From: Clostridia bacterium
GTDB taxonomy: Bacteria > Bacillota > Clostridia > Oscillospirales > SIG627
Assembly: GCA_017507325.1 (NCBI GenBank)
Contig: JAFWBD010000042.1
Span: 1,979 to 65,978 of the forward strand
DNA: 64,000 nt
Reading direction: 5' to 3'
A model generated the notes under the pieces. It was not told the DNA's origin. It worked only from the letters and a program-made list of their open reading frames with translations, and ran no database searches. This document shows, piece after piece, positions 30,335 through 38,941 of the stretch; positions within the stretch are counted from its first letter, which is position 1, and every line of letters begins with the position of its first letter. Made by a program: the position numbers and the translations under genes.

Positions 30335-31786
30335 ATGAAGAAATGCATTGGTATTGTTTTGATCGCGGGAATCCTTTTTTTCTGTGGAATTTTCCCGCAG
30401 GCTGCTTCTTCGGGGGGGTGTGAAGAATGTGCGGCCTTGGAGGCGGCGGGCTTTCCCGCGGGCTATCGGGAGGCTCTGTGCGCCGTTCAAAAGAAGCATC
30501 CCGAGTGGCGTTTCGTACCTCTTTCGGTGACGGCGCTTTCGGACGTGCGGGGAGAAAATTACAGCTTCGGGTACGTTTTGGATCAGGAATTGCGCACGCC
30601 TTCGCGAAATCTGGTTCCCTCGGGGGAGGTGTACCGCCCGTACCGGGCGGAGGGAGGTGAATGCTGCGACAGCGGTTATTTTCCCGCCTCCCGCGAGGCG
30701 GTGGCGTATTTTGTGGATCCGCGGCCGCATCTTTCCGAAAAGGGAATCTTTCAGTTTTTGGATCTTTCGAATTGTGCGGACGTTTCGGTGCGGGACGTGG
30801 AACGGGCATTGGAGAACACGGATTATTCCCGGAAAGAAACGGCCGAAGCAATCCTTTCCTTGGGGAAGAAGCACGGGATCAATCCCTTGGGAATCGCGGT
30901 GCGACTGCGAAGGGAGCAGGGAAGGGAGGGAAACTGTCTTCTTTGGGGGAAGAGCGGAACGGTTTTGTGGAATTGGTATCAAAACGGAACCCAAACGGAG
31001 GCAGGCCGACAGATTCTGGCTCCCGCCGAAGGGCATTCGGAAAAGGAGCTGCTTTCCCTTGACGGCTTTTTCAATCCCTTGAACGTTGCCGCCTCGGGGA
31101 CGGGCGCCTTCCGCATCTATGAAGCGGGGGCAAGATATGCCGCGGCCCGGGGATGGGATTCCTTTGACAAGGGCCTTGAGGGCGGCATCCGAAAAATAGC
31201 GGAGGAATACGTTCTCCGTTTTCAGAATACCCCGTATTTACAAAAATGGAACGTGGATATCCGCTCCTGCGGGGAAAGCGGAGCCTCCCGAAATTTTTGG
31301 GGGCAATATATGCAGAACGTCGGCGGAGCGAAACGGGAGGGAGAAATGCTGTACGATTGCTACCTCCAAACGGGCTTGCTTTCCTGCCCTTTGGTGTTTT
31401 GTATTCCCGTTTATGACGCAATGCCCCCCTTCCCGTCCCCGGATCCCGCCGAAGGGAAATGTCCTCTTTTTTCGGCCGAGGAAAGGACTCTCTGCCAAAG
31501 GGGGAGCCTTGTGACGGAGGATCACGAAGAAAATATGAGTGAAAAATCCGTTGATGCGGCACAGGCCCCCGAGAGACAAATCGGAGCGAAGGAGAATCCC
31601 GCTCAAAGAGAACGGGAGAAAAGGAGCGTGCCTCTTGTCTTGGCGCTGGGGGGTCTTTTTCTCTTGGCAAAGGGCTTCTTGCTTTGTAAAAAGCCCCGTT
31701 TTCTCGAAAAAAAGAGAAAAATTTTGCAAAAAAAGGTAGAAAAAAATCAAAAAAAGTCTCCCAAAATTTTGATTTTTGTGCTATAA
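30335..31786 (+). CDS. Secreted, C-terminally membrane-anchored cell-wall hydrolase-like protein (glucosaminidase/muramidase-type domain, tentative)
   Basis: N-terminal signal peptide (MKKCIGIVLIAGILFFCG…) and a C-terminal TM helix (VPLVLALGGLFLLAKGFLL) followed by a K-rich tail. The central region resembles LytD-type glucosaminidase domains by recall only. Confidence 0.55.
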   Translation: MKKCIGIVLIAGILFFCGIFPQAASSGGCEECAALEAAGFPAGYREALCAVQKKHPEWRFVPLSVTALSDVRGENYSFGYVLDQELRTPSRNLVPSGEVYRPYRAEGGECCDSGYFPASREAVAYFVDPRPHLSEKGIFQFLDLSNCADVSVRDVERALENTDYSRKETAEAILSLGKKHGINPLGIAVRLRREQGREGNCLLWGKSGTVLWNWYQNGTQTEAGRQILAPAEGHSEKELLSLDGFFNPLNVAASGTGAFRIYEAGARYAAARGWDSFDKGLEGGIRKIAEEYVLRFQNTPYLQKWNVDIRSCGESGASRNFWGQYMQNVGGAKREGEMLYDCYLQTGLLSCPLVFCIPVYDAMPPFPSPDPAEGKCPLFSAEERTLCQRGSLVTEDHEENMSEKSVDAAQAPERQIGAKENPAQREREKRSVPLVLALGGLFLLAKGFLLCKKPRFLEKKRKILQKKVEKNQKKSPKILIFVL

Positions 31787-31842
31787 TAAGGGTAGAAATC
31801 TTGATGACACGATCGTTTACTTTAGAGAAAGAGAGCAAAGAT

Positions 31843-32355
31843 ATGTTCCGAGTGGGAGAGATTCTCCGATACGGGCAGGCAGGCGTTTGCCGCGTGGAGG
31901 AGATAAAGATGATGGATGCCGGGGGCGGAGAGCAGGAGTATTTCGTGTTGAAGCCGCTGTTTAAAAACGGCGCGATGCTGTTTGTGCCAAGCTCAAACGA
32001 GGGCCTTGTGGGCCGTATGTGTCCCTTGCTGACACCCGAAGAGATTGAAGCGATCCAAGCGGAGATCTCCCGAAGACCAGCGGAATGGATTCGGGATTTT
32101 CGCCGCCGCAGCGAAGCCTTCAAGAAGGCGCTTGCCTCGTCGGATCGGCGGGATGCGCTGTTTTTGATGAAGTGTATCTATGCTCACAAGAGAAAGCTGC
32201 GTGCCGAGGGAAAGGGAATTCACACCACCGACGATTATTTCCTCAAGGATGCGGAGCAGCTGATCTTCAGCGAATTTTCCATGGTACTGGAAAAAAGCGT
32301 CTCTTTGGTGGAAAAGGAGATCCGATCTCTTTTGGGGGAAGAAAGCTCCCTCTGA
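31843..32355 (+). CDS. CarD/CdnL-family RNA-polymerase-binding regulator-like protein
   Basis: N-terminal Tudor-like motif MFRVGEILRYGQAGVCRVEEI…EYFVLKPLF…; about 170 aa. Confidence 0.7.
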   Translation: MFRVGEILRYGQAGVCRVEEIKMMDAGGGEQEYFVLKPLFKNGAMLFVPSSNEGLVGRMCPLLTPEEIEAIQAEISRRPAEWIRDFRRRSEAFKKALASSDRRDALFLMKCIYAHKRKLRAEGKGIHTTDDYFLKDAEQLIFSEFSMVLEKSVSLVEKEIRSLLGEESSL

Positions 32356-32376
32356 TCGATGAACCGAAAGAAAGAA

Positions 32377-32407
32377 CCCCTGCTTTTGCAAAAAGCAGGG
32401 GTTTTTT
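32377..32407. terminator. Bidirectional rho-independent terminator
   Basis: Stem cccctgctttt/aaaagcagggg followed by T6, between convergent genes. Confidence 0.75.
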
Positions 32408-32437
32408 GGTGCGTTGGTTTCTTTGCGGTGAAAAGTC

Positions 32438-33022
32438 TCAGAGGGGAGGAAGCATCAAGGGCTGGAGCTGGTCTCCCTCCATTGCCAAACGAAGGGCGGC
32501 AGAAACGAGGGAAAAATCGCTTTGAAGGGAGGCGGGCTTTTCCGCCGAATCGTCCTGACGGAAGGGAACGAAATAATAGCCCTTTTTGTCCATCAGCGTG
32601 CCGATGCTGTGGGCGGAGCCCGAGAGGGCATCGTTGGTGGAAAGAGCGATCAGAACGCCGCGGCCCGTTCTGCGGTGGGACTTGACGGCCATGGTAACGG
32701 CGGTATCGGTGATGCCGCAGGCAAGCTTGGAAAGGGTGTTGCCCGTGCAAGGGCAGACTACCAGAAAATCCAGCATTTTTTTGGGTCCCAGGGGCTCGGC
32801 CCCTACGATGCTGTCGATGGGCTCTCTTTTGCAGATCTCAAGAACGTGCCGCCGCACCTCCTCCTTGGAATGAAAGCGGGTATCGGTTCCCGCCACTCGC
32901 TCGGAGAGGATGGGGAGAATTTCGTAATGGGGTTGTAATTCCTTCATTACGGCAAAGGCCTTGTCTAAGGTGCAGAAGGAGCCGGTTAAGGCAAAGCCGA
33001 TGACTTTTTTCAATGGGTTCAC
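32438..33022 (-). CDS. dpaB: Dipicolinate synthase subunit B (flavoprotein)
   Basis: 194 aa with …IGFALTGSFCT… and …CTGNTLSKLA.GITDT…. Overlaps the dpaA stop. Confidence 0.85.
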   Translation of the reverse strand: MNPLKKVIGFALTGSFCTLDKAFAVMKELQPHYEILPILSERVAGTDTRFHSKEEVRRHVLEICKREPIDSIVGAEPLGPKKMLDFLVVCPCTGNTLSKLACGITDTAVTMAVKSHRRTGRGVLIALSTNDALSGSAHSIGTLMDKKGYYFVPFRQDDSAEKPASLQSDFSLVSAALRLAMEGDQLQPLMLPPL

Positions 33023-33792
33023 TCACTTTCTTCGGAGTCTCGGCAAGGCTCCGTCAGAATTCGGTACAGCGCCTCCGCCTCGGAGGCGGGGGCGTATTGC
33101 CCCGGTAATCCGTGAAGGACGTGAAAATCAATGCCGAGATCTTGCATTTTTTCGGTGGAAAGCCCCGAAAGTCCCGAAGCAATTTGAAAAAATGAGCTTC
33201 CGCTCCGAAGAAGGCGGAGAATCGGATCGGGAAAGATCGGGTCGGGCACGGTGTTCAGGACGGCGTCGAACATAGCGGCCTTGGCATTCCACTCGGGATA
33301 GAGATTGAAGCCGTCCTCGGAGGCTCTTTTCATGGATCCTTCCCGAGAATGGATCCAAACCTCGCTTCCGCACAGCCAAAAGAGCCGCGCCAAGGCGGAG
33401 CCGCAATGGCCGTAGCCGCAAATAAGAATGCACAGATCCGACAGCAATCCGTCGGTTTTTTCGATGACCTGTGCCAGGGTGCCCTCGGCTGTGGCCAAGG
33501 CGTTGCGAAGGCGGTAGGAGGGATCCTTCAGAACGGGGACGAGAAAAAGACTTTTTTCTTTGGCGAGGGAATCCATTGCCTTCGTGGGATTTCCCAGAAG
33601 CACGGTGCTTTGCGGCTGCATTTTGTTCATCAGAGACAGTGTCTTTTCCTCTGTGAAGGAAAAGGGGAGGATCACCGTGCAGGGTTCGGATTCCTCCAAG
33701 CGTCCTTTCAAGATGGGATATCCCTCCCGAATCAGTCTTTCTTCCAAAAGCTCGTAGCGGCGGTCGCGGCCGAAAATACAAATGGGATTCAT
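33019..33792 (-). CDS. dpaA: Dipicolinate synthase subunit A
   Basis: Rossmann-type GYGHCG motif, paired with dpaB. Start at ATG 33792 (MNPICIFG) with an AGGAG RBS 7 nt upstream. Confidence 0.8.
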   Translation of the reverse strand: MNPICIFGRDRRYELLEERLIREGYPILKGRLEESEPCTVILPFSFTEEKTLSLMNKMQPQSTVLLGNPTKAMDSLAKEKSLFLVPVLKDPSYRLRNALATAEGTLAQVIEKTDGLLSDLCILICGYGHCGSALARLFWLCGSEVWIHSREGSMKRASEDGFNLYPEWNAKAAMFDAVLNTVPDPIFPDPILRLLRSGSSFFQIASGLSGLSTEKMQDLGIDFHVLHGLPGQYAPASEAEALYRILTEPCRDSEESE

Positions 33793-33828
33793 ATGATTTC
33801 TCCTGACGTATACCTGTTTTCCACACTG

Positions 33829-33837
33829 TATTCTATG
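33829..33837 (-). promoter_or_regulatory. Possible sigma-K-type -10 element upstream of dpaA
   Basis: Minus strand reads CATAGAATA, matching CATA-N3-TA, 37 nt before the dpaA ATG. The -35 AC is not clearly placed. Confidence 0.3.
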
Positions 33838-33866
33838 ACAAAGCCGATATTTTGCCACGGGGCGCT

Positions 33867-33900
33867 GAAAAAAATCTCCCTCGGGGCGAGCCGAGGGAGA
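33867..33900 (-). terminator. Rho-independent terminator after the 33904-34653 gene
   Basis: 10-bp stem tctccctcgg/ccgagggaga followed by T7 on the minus strand. Confidence 0.7.
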
Positions 33901-33903
33901 AGC

Positions 33904-34653
33904 TTATTTTTCAATGCCGAAATCCTGAAGGGTCAGGGAGGAAAGATCGCTCTCCTCCTCTTCGTCTTCCGCCGAGGGTTCCTCTTCAACGTTTTTTTCG
34001 GGGGGATCGGAGGGAGGGGGAACGGGCCCCGCCAAGCTTCGCAGGATCAGAGAAAGCAGATAGAAAATCTGATAGAGAAAAACGGAAATGGTAAAAAAGC
34101 GATAGTGAAAGCCCGAATGGCCGATGGGAATGATCTGATAAAAATAGTAGGGGGAAAGCTTTTGATCCAAAAGAGCCGAGAGGATCAGAAGAAGAATTTC
34201 CAAAAGCCCGTAGCCTGCGTAAAAATGCAGGGCAAAGGGGCGAATCTCCCGCAAAAAGAAAGAGGCCATGGCAAAAAAGGCACAGAGGAGAATGAAAAAA
34301 TGAGAGATCAAAACGGAGGTATGTACCGTTTCCTCCCCCAGCACGGCGAAAAACTGCAAAAGGGCGTAAAGGGCAAAGGGGAGAGAGCCCAGCGCCGTTC
34401 CCAAAAGCTGAAGGGCCTTCCCGGGACGGGCAAGATACAGAGCGGAGGCGATCACGGAAAAGAAGGGGACCGCCATCCAGACCGTGTCGGAAAAGGCGGT
34501 GAAAAAGCCCTTTTGGGTGGACACGGGAATTTCAAAATAAAAGCGCATTCCGATATCGGAAAACCAGCCCCAGGCAAAAAAGGTGAAAAACAGCATGGCC
34601 GCGGAGGCCAGCAGGGAAAGAACGGTAAAAAGGGTGTAACGCTTGGAATTCAT
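33904..34653 (-). CDS. Polytopic membrane protein of unknown function with a proline- and acid-rich C-terminal tail
   Basis: 249 aa, about 6 hydrophobic helices, tail …PVPPPSDPPEKNVEEEPSAEDEEEESD…. I recognise no family. Confidence 0.6.
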   Translation of the reverse strand: MNSKRYTLFTVLSLLASAAMLFFTFFAWGWFSDIGMRFYFEIPVSTQKGFFTAFSDTVWMAVPFFSVIASALYLARPGKALQLLGTALGSLPFALYALLQFFAVLGEETVHTSVLISHFFILLCAFFAMASFFLREIRPFALHFYAGYGLLEILLLILSALLDQKLSPYYFYQIIPIGHSGFHYRFFTISVFLYQIFYLLSLILRSLAGPVPPPSDPPEKNVEEEPSAEDEEEESDLSSLTLQDFGIEK

Positions 34654-34782
34654 ACGGCATTCACTTCCTCGTTTCTTTTAAATCCAATCCATTATAAAGA
34701 AAAAAACCTTCTCCGTCAAGGGATTGTCATGGCGTGGCAGTGGGGTTTTGTAGTAAAATCTCCAAAAAAAGGAGAAAGAATT

Positions 34783-35184
34783 GTGAAAAAAACAAAACTG
34801 ACGGAAGAAAAGGCAAAAATCCTTCTGCGGCGCTACTTTGAAAGCCGCAAGGTGGAGAAAAGAGATTCGCAGGGGAATCCCATTGTGAACAAAATGGGGG
34901 AGACCGTCCTTGAGGCCCGACCCGCTACGGTAACGGGAATGGTTCTGGCACTGGGGCTTTGCGGTCGGGAGGAATTGGAGGCGATCACAGACAAAAAAAC
35001 AAAAGCACTCATTGACCGAGCGCTTTTGAAGATCGAGGAGGAGGCGGAGGAAAAGCTTTTTTCCAAGGACTGCTTTAACGGGGCCAAGCTGTTTTTGTCG
35101 GTCAATTTTCCCCGTTGGAGCGGGGAGAGCGTTGCGGAAACGGGCACCGCTTCCTTGGGGGTCTGCTCCGTTTGGGCGGAATGA
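34783..35184 (+). CDS. terS: Phage terminase small subunit (gp3-packaging-type), isolated copy
   Basis: 133 aa. GTG 34783 follows an AAAGGAG RBS. Pattern …YFE…PATVTGMVLALGL.GREEL…IDRALLKIEEEAEEKLF…GAKLFLSVNF..W matches the HTH and oligomerisation core I recall for small terminases. Only the 3' end of the 611-aa track ORF is credible. Confidence 0.65.
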   Translation: MKKTKLTEEKAKILLRRYFESRKVEKRDSQGNPIVNKMGETVLEARPATVTGMVLALGLCGREELEAITDKKTKALIDRALLKIEEEAEEKLFSKDCFNGAKLFLSVNFPRWSGESVAETGTASLGVCSVWAE

Positions 35185-35185
35185 A

Positions 35186-35794
35186 TCATTCCACCACCAC
35201 GATCAAGCACCCGCTGTGAACCGTGATGCGGGTGTTTTCGCGGGCCTCGTTGCTGACCCCCAAGGGAAAATCGGGGGTAACGCGGGCACGGTTTACATTG
35301 TATTTGGCACCGCTGACGGAAACCTCGGCTTCGCCGCCTGCGGCAAACAAAGAAAAATATCCATCGGATGCCGCGAGGGTCAGGGTTCCCGCTTCCAGCA
35401 GAAGAACCCGACAGTAGGGGTCCACGATCTCCCCCTCGGCCCCGTGGCTTTTTAAAAAGAACAGGGTTTGCAAATTGGCAAGGGAATGGGAAAATCTCTT
35501 CCCCCCCAGAGCACCGTACAGCCGAAAGCGGCGATAGCCCAAAAAAAGGCCGTGGCGGCAAGCGGCGATCATATCGGTATCGTCCTTTTCGCAGGGGAGA
35601 GACAAAACGGGAAGCGAGGTGGGCAGATACCCGAGAGAATCCCCGTCGCCGATGAAAAGATCGGCCGTTTTTCCCGCACGGCTCAGATATTCAAGCCCCC
35701 CGTCGGCGGCCAGGATCAGATCCGACTCTTTTTTTTCGGGTAAAAGGGCAGGATCGATGCGCCCGGCACCCACAACGTGGCAAACACCCTTCAT
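35186..35794 (-). CDS. thiN: Thiamine diphosphokinase
   Basis: 202 aa with …ILAADGG…FIGDGDS…KDDTDM…, co-operonic with thiT. Confidence 0.85.
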   Translation of the reverse strand: MKGVCHVVGAGRIDPALLPEKKESDLILAADGGLEYLSRAGKTADLFIGDGDSLGYLPTSLPVLSLPCEKDDTDMIAACRHGLFLGYRRFRLYGALGGKRFSHSLANLQTLFFLKSHGAEGEIVDPYCRVLLLEAGTLTLAASDGYFSLFAAGGEAEVSVSGAKYNVNRARVTPDFPLGVSNEARENTRITVHSGCLIVVVE

Positions 35795-36459
35795 TTCCGT
35801 TCCCCTTCCGCTTGAATGAGGGGGATGCGGGAGACAAAGGCGGCCGCCAGCGCGGTCAGAATCATTTCGGGAAGCATATAAAGGCCGTTATAGATCAAGG
35901 AGTACAAAAGGGAAAGAAGAGCGCCCGAGCAATGCTCCATAATCCAGGCGGAAAAGGGAAAGGCGGCGGCAGCGCTTTCCGTGAAAAACCAGCTTGCCCA
36001 TTCTCCGTAAAAAACGGCACCCGAAAGCACGTGGAAGGCATAGGTCAAGCTGAGGGCAAAAAGGCTCCCCTGAACCAGCGCCTTCTTTTTGGGGAAAAGG
36101 CGGCGGAACACGCCTCCCAGCCCCGCGACACCGAAGGCACAAATATAATCCAAAAACAAAATGATCAGCGCGATGCCCGCCCCTCCCATATAGGAATCCG
36201 AGGAGGGCAAAAAGAGAGCGGAGACCGTTTTAAAGCCCACGGCCATTTGCAAAACGGCAAAAATAAGACCGCTTCCCAGACCCCATTTCAGCCCGTAAAG
36301 GTAGGAAATGACGATCAAGGGCAAAAGACCCGCGGGGGTGATGGTACCGCCGAAGGGCAGGTTTAAAAAGGGAATGAATTCCGCCACAAAGGTCAGCGCG
36401 GTGCCCAAGGCAATGAGCATGGCGGAGGTGACCAGCTTTTTGGTTTTGCTTTGCTTCAT
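35791..36459 (-). CDS. thiT: ECF-type thiamine transporter S-component (ThiT-like)
   Basis: About 220-aa, 6-TM protein directly downstream of a TPP riboswitch. Start at ATG 36459 (MKQSKTKK). Confidence 0.75.
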   Translation of the reverse strand: MKQSKTKKLVTSAMLIALGTALTFVAEFIPFLNLPFGGTITPAGLLPLIVISYLYGLKWGLGSGLIFAVLQMAVGFKTVSALFLPSSDSYMGGAGIALIILFLDYICAFGVAGLGGVFRRLFPKKKALVQGSLFALSLTYAFHVLSGAVFYGEWASWFFTESAAAAFPFSAWIMEHCSGALLSLLYSLIYNGLYMLPEMILTALAAAFVSRIPLIQAEGERK

Positions 36460-36524
36460 AAAAGGCTCCCAAATAAAAAATTCACACAGGACGGAGGGCC
36501 TGCGTGAATGTATCTTCGTCAACA

Positions 36525-36605
36525 AAAACTCCCTACGCCGGTATTATCCATCTCAGGTAAAAGGGTTCGCATTCTGATGCGTCTCAGCCGAAGCACCCCT
36601 GTTTT
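36525..36605 (-). promoter_or_regulatory. TPP (THI-box) riboswitch
   Basis: Minus strand reads GGGGTGC…CTGAGA…AACCC…ACCTGAGATGGATAATACCGGCGTAGGGA, the conserved TPP aptamer core. Confidence 0.85.
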
Positions 36606-36627
36606 TTTCCGCTTGTGCGTGGGACTT

Positions 36628-36656
36628 ATTATACGTTTTTTTTTGCAATTTGTCAA
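36628..36656 (-). promoter_or_regulatory. Sigma-A promoter driving the TPP riboswitch-thiT-thiN operon
   Basis: Minus strand reads TTGACA-17 nt-TATAAT. The -35 lies 12 nt from the terL ATG on the other strand. Confidence 0.7.
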
Positions 36657-36667
36657 GAGAGAATCAT

Positions 36668-38038
36668 ATGAATACCGTTGAACGTTTTTTATCCAGTCTG
36701 CACCCTTTTCCGCCCCAGGAGAAATTTTTTTTGGCAAAAGCGCGGCGCATTGCCTACGGCGGTGCGAGAGGGGGCGGCAAGAGCTTTGCCATGCGGGCCA
36801 AATTGGTGCTGCTTGCTTTGCGCTACCCCGGGATCCAGATCCTTCTGTTGCGCCGCACCTTTCCCGAATTGCGGGAGAATCATATCAATCCTCTTCAGCG
36901 CTGGCTGTACGGCTTTGCCCGCTATAAGGATTCCACCAAGGAGTTTTTGTTCCCCTCGGGATCCCGCATCAAATTGGGGTATCTCAGCGAGGAGGGTGAT
37001 ACTCTGCAGTATCAAGGGCAGGCCTACGAGGTCATCGGAATGGAGGAGGCCACCCAATTTTCCGAAAGCCAATACTATGCCATGACGGAATGCTGCCGTC
37101 TGGCAGGACAGCTGAAGGAAAAATTCACCCCGCGGATGTATTTTACCTGCAATCCCGGCGGGGTGGGACACGCTTGGGTGAAAAGGCTGTTTATCGACCG
37201 CCGCTATCGGGAGGGAGAGCGGGAGGAGGATTACGTGTTCATTCCCTCCACGGTGTACGACAACCGCTATCTGATCAGCGAAAATCCCGAATACGTCCGC
37301 AATCTGGAAAGCCTTCCTCCCTTGCGGCGCAGGGCGATGCTGGAGGGGGATTGGGATGCCTACGAGGGACAGTATTTTACGGAATTTGACCGAAAGCGCC
37401 ACGAGATCGAGCCCTTTGCCATCCCCGAGGATTGGCACCGCTTTGCGGCGCTGGATTACGGCCTTGATATGACGGCTTGCCTTTGGTTTGCCTATCCCCC
37501 CGACCGAAGAAGAATCGTGGTATATCGGGAATTGTATTGCCCCGATCTGGTTCTGTCTCAGGCGGCGGAAAAAATTTTGGAGGCCAACCAATCGGATCCC
37601 GTTCGCTATATTGCCGCCTCCCCCGATCTGGCGGGGCGCAGGCAGGAGGGCGGCAAGAGCGGCTTTGATATTTTATCGGCGGCGGGGATGAAAAATCTGA
37701 TCCCTGCGGAAAACGCCAGAATACCCGGTTGGCGAAGGGTGCGGGAATTTTTGCGCGCCTCGGGGGAGGAGGGGGCCTATTTGGGCTTGTTTTCTTCCTG
37801 CCGAAATCTGATCCGCACCCTGCCGCAGCTCCGCTTCGATCCCGTGAAAACCGAGGATGCCGCGCTGACGCCCCACGAATTCACTCACGCCCCCGACGCC
37901 TTGCGCTACGGCCTCTCCTCTCTGCCCTTTTTACCGGGAGAGCCTCTGCGGGAAAAGAAGGTGCGAAAGAGCATTCGGGATGAATTTTTCGGAAAGCGGG
38001 AAGGCGCGGGGGAATATTTCGATTTTTTGAAAAAATGA
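36668..38038 (+). CDS. terL: Phage terminase large subunit, isolated copy
   Basis: Walker A YGGARGGGKSF, Walker B-like …YEVIGMEEAT, C-terminal nuclease-type region (…ALDYGLDMT…), 456 aa. ATG 36668 is preferred over the TTG at 36650. Confidence 0.8.
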   Translation: MNTVERFLSSLHPFPPQEKFFLAKARRIAYGGARGGGKSFAMRAKLVLLALRYPGIQILLLRRTFPELRENHINPLQRWLYGFARYKDSTKEFLFPSGSRIKLGYLSEEGDTLQYQGQAYEVIGMEEATQFSESQYYAMTECCRLAGQLKEKFTPRMYFTCNPGGVGHAWVKRLFIDRRYREGEREEDYVFIPSTVYDNRYLISENPEYVRNLESLPPLRRRAMLEGDWDAYEGQYFTEFDRKRHEIEPFAIPEDWHRFAALDYGLDMTACLWFAYPPDRRRIVVYRELYCPDLVLSQAAEKILEANQSDPVRYIAASPDLAGRRQEGGKSGFDILSAAGMKNLIPAENARIPGWRRVREFLRASGEEGAYLGLFSSCRNLIRTLPQLRFDPVKTEDAALTPHEFTHAPDALRYGLSSLPFLPGEPLREKKVRKSIRDEFFGKREGAGEYFDFLKK

Positions 38039-38086
38039 TTGACTTGGGCTTTTTTTCTGTGGTAAACTGAAAAAAAGGAGCGGGTT

Positions 38087-38875
38087 ATGCTAAAGGAATT
38101 TTTTGAAAACGAAGGAATTTTCTGCTACCGTGAGCTTTCCGTTTCGGATCTTACGGTGAACGATGAGGCAAAATTTCAAAGAATAGAGGAAAAAATGGGG
38201 AGGATCGAATCGGCGGTGATCTTTTTGATCCCCTATTTTGTGGGGCAGAAAACCACCAATCTCTCCGTATATGCCCAGGTGAAGGATTACCATCGCTACG
38301 TGCGGGAATTGGAGGATAGGTTTTCCCGCTACTGCAAGGAAAAAAAGGAGGAGCTCTCCTTTCACATCCTCGCCGATACCTCTCCCTTGGATGAAAGAAG
38401 GGCGGCGCTTTCCGCAGGGCTCGGGGTGATGGGGAAAAACGGATTGATCCAGAACGAGCGCTACGGATCGCTGTTTTTTATCGGGGAAATGCTTCTCTCT
38501 CGCGCCTTTTCTCCCGAAAAAGCCCTTCCCCCTCGGGAATGCTGCGGCTGCGGCGCCTGCCTTGCGGCCTGCCCCACGGGAGCGGTGGAGGATCCGCAAA
38601 GAAGACTCTGTCTTTCCATGATTTCTCAAAAAAAGGTCTTGACCCCCGAGGAAGAGGCGCTTTTTTCCCGCGCCGATTGCAAATGGGGCTGTGATCTGTG
38701 TCAGAACGCCTGCCCTGCAAATCTCGGTGCGGAAATGAACCCGATCCCGTTTTTTTGGGAGGACAGGGTGGATTTTCTCTCGGAGGAAGTGATCTCTTCT
38801 CCCAAGGAGGAGTTTCAAAAGCGGGCGTTTTCCTGGAGAGGGAGAAGCGTTTTAAGAAGAAATCTGAAGAAATAA
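38087..38875 (+). CDS. QueG-like (DUF1730-type) 4Fe-4S protein, short form
   Basis: …ADTSPLDERRAALSAGLGVMGKNGLIQNERYGSLFFIGE… plus CxxCxxCxxxCP and C…CDLCQNACP motifs. It lacks the C-terminal extension of canonical QueG. Confidence 0.6.
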   Translation: MLKEFFENEGIFCYRELSVSDLTVNDEAKFQRIEEKMGRIESAVIFLIPYFVGQKTTNLSVYAQVKDYHRYVRELEDRFSRYCKEKKEELSFHILADTSPLDERRAALSAGLGVMGKNGLIQNERYGSLFFIGEMLLSRAFSPEKALPPRECCGCGACLAACPTGAVEDPQRRLCLSMISQKKVLTPEEEALFSRADCKWGCDLCQNACPANLGAEMNPIPFFWEDRVDFLSEEVISSPKEEFQKRAFSWRGRSVLRRNLKK

Positions 38876-38897
38876 CGAGGGTAAGCCTTTACGAAAA

Positions 38898-38936
38898 AAT
38901 GATCCCATCCGTTGGATGGGATCATTTGTCTTTTTT
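38898..38936. terminator. Bidirectional rho-independent terminator
   Basis: 13-bp stem aatgatcccatcc/ggatgggatcatt with a 3-nt loop, followed by tgtctttttt. Confidence 0.75.
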
Positions 38937-38941
38937 CGGAT

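Noticed and set aside
33349-34782. The 5' three-quarters of the 611-aa + strand ORF 33349-35184
   Set aside because: This part is antisense to dpaA and the 33904-34653 membrane-protein gene and is G/K/R-rich. Only the last 133 codons (from GTG 34783, with an AAAGGAG RBS) look like a real protein (terS).
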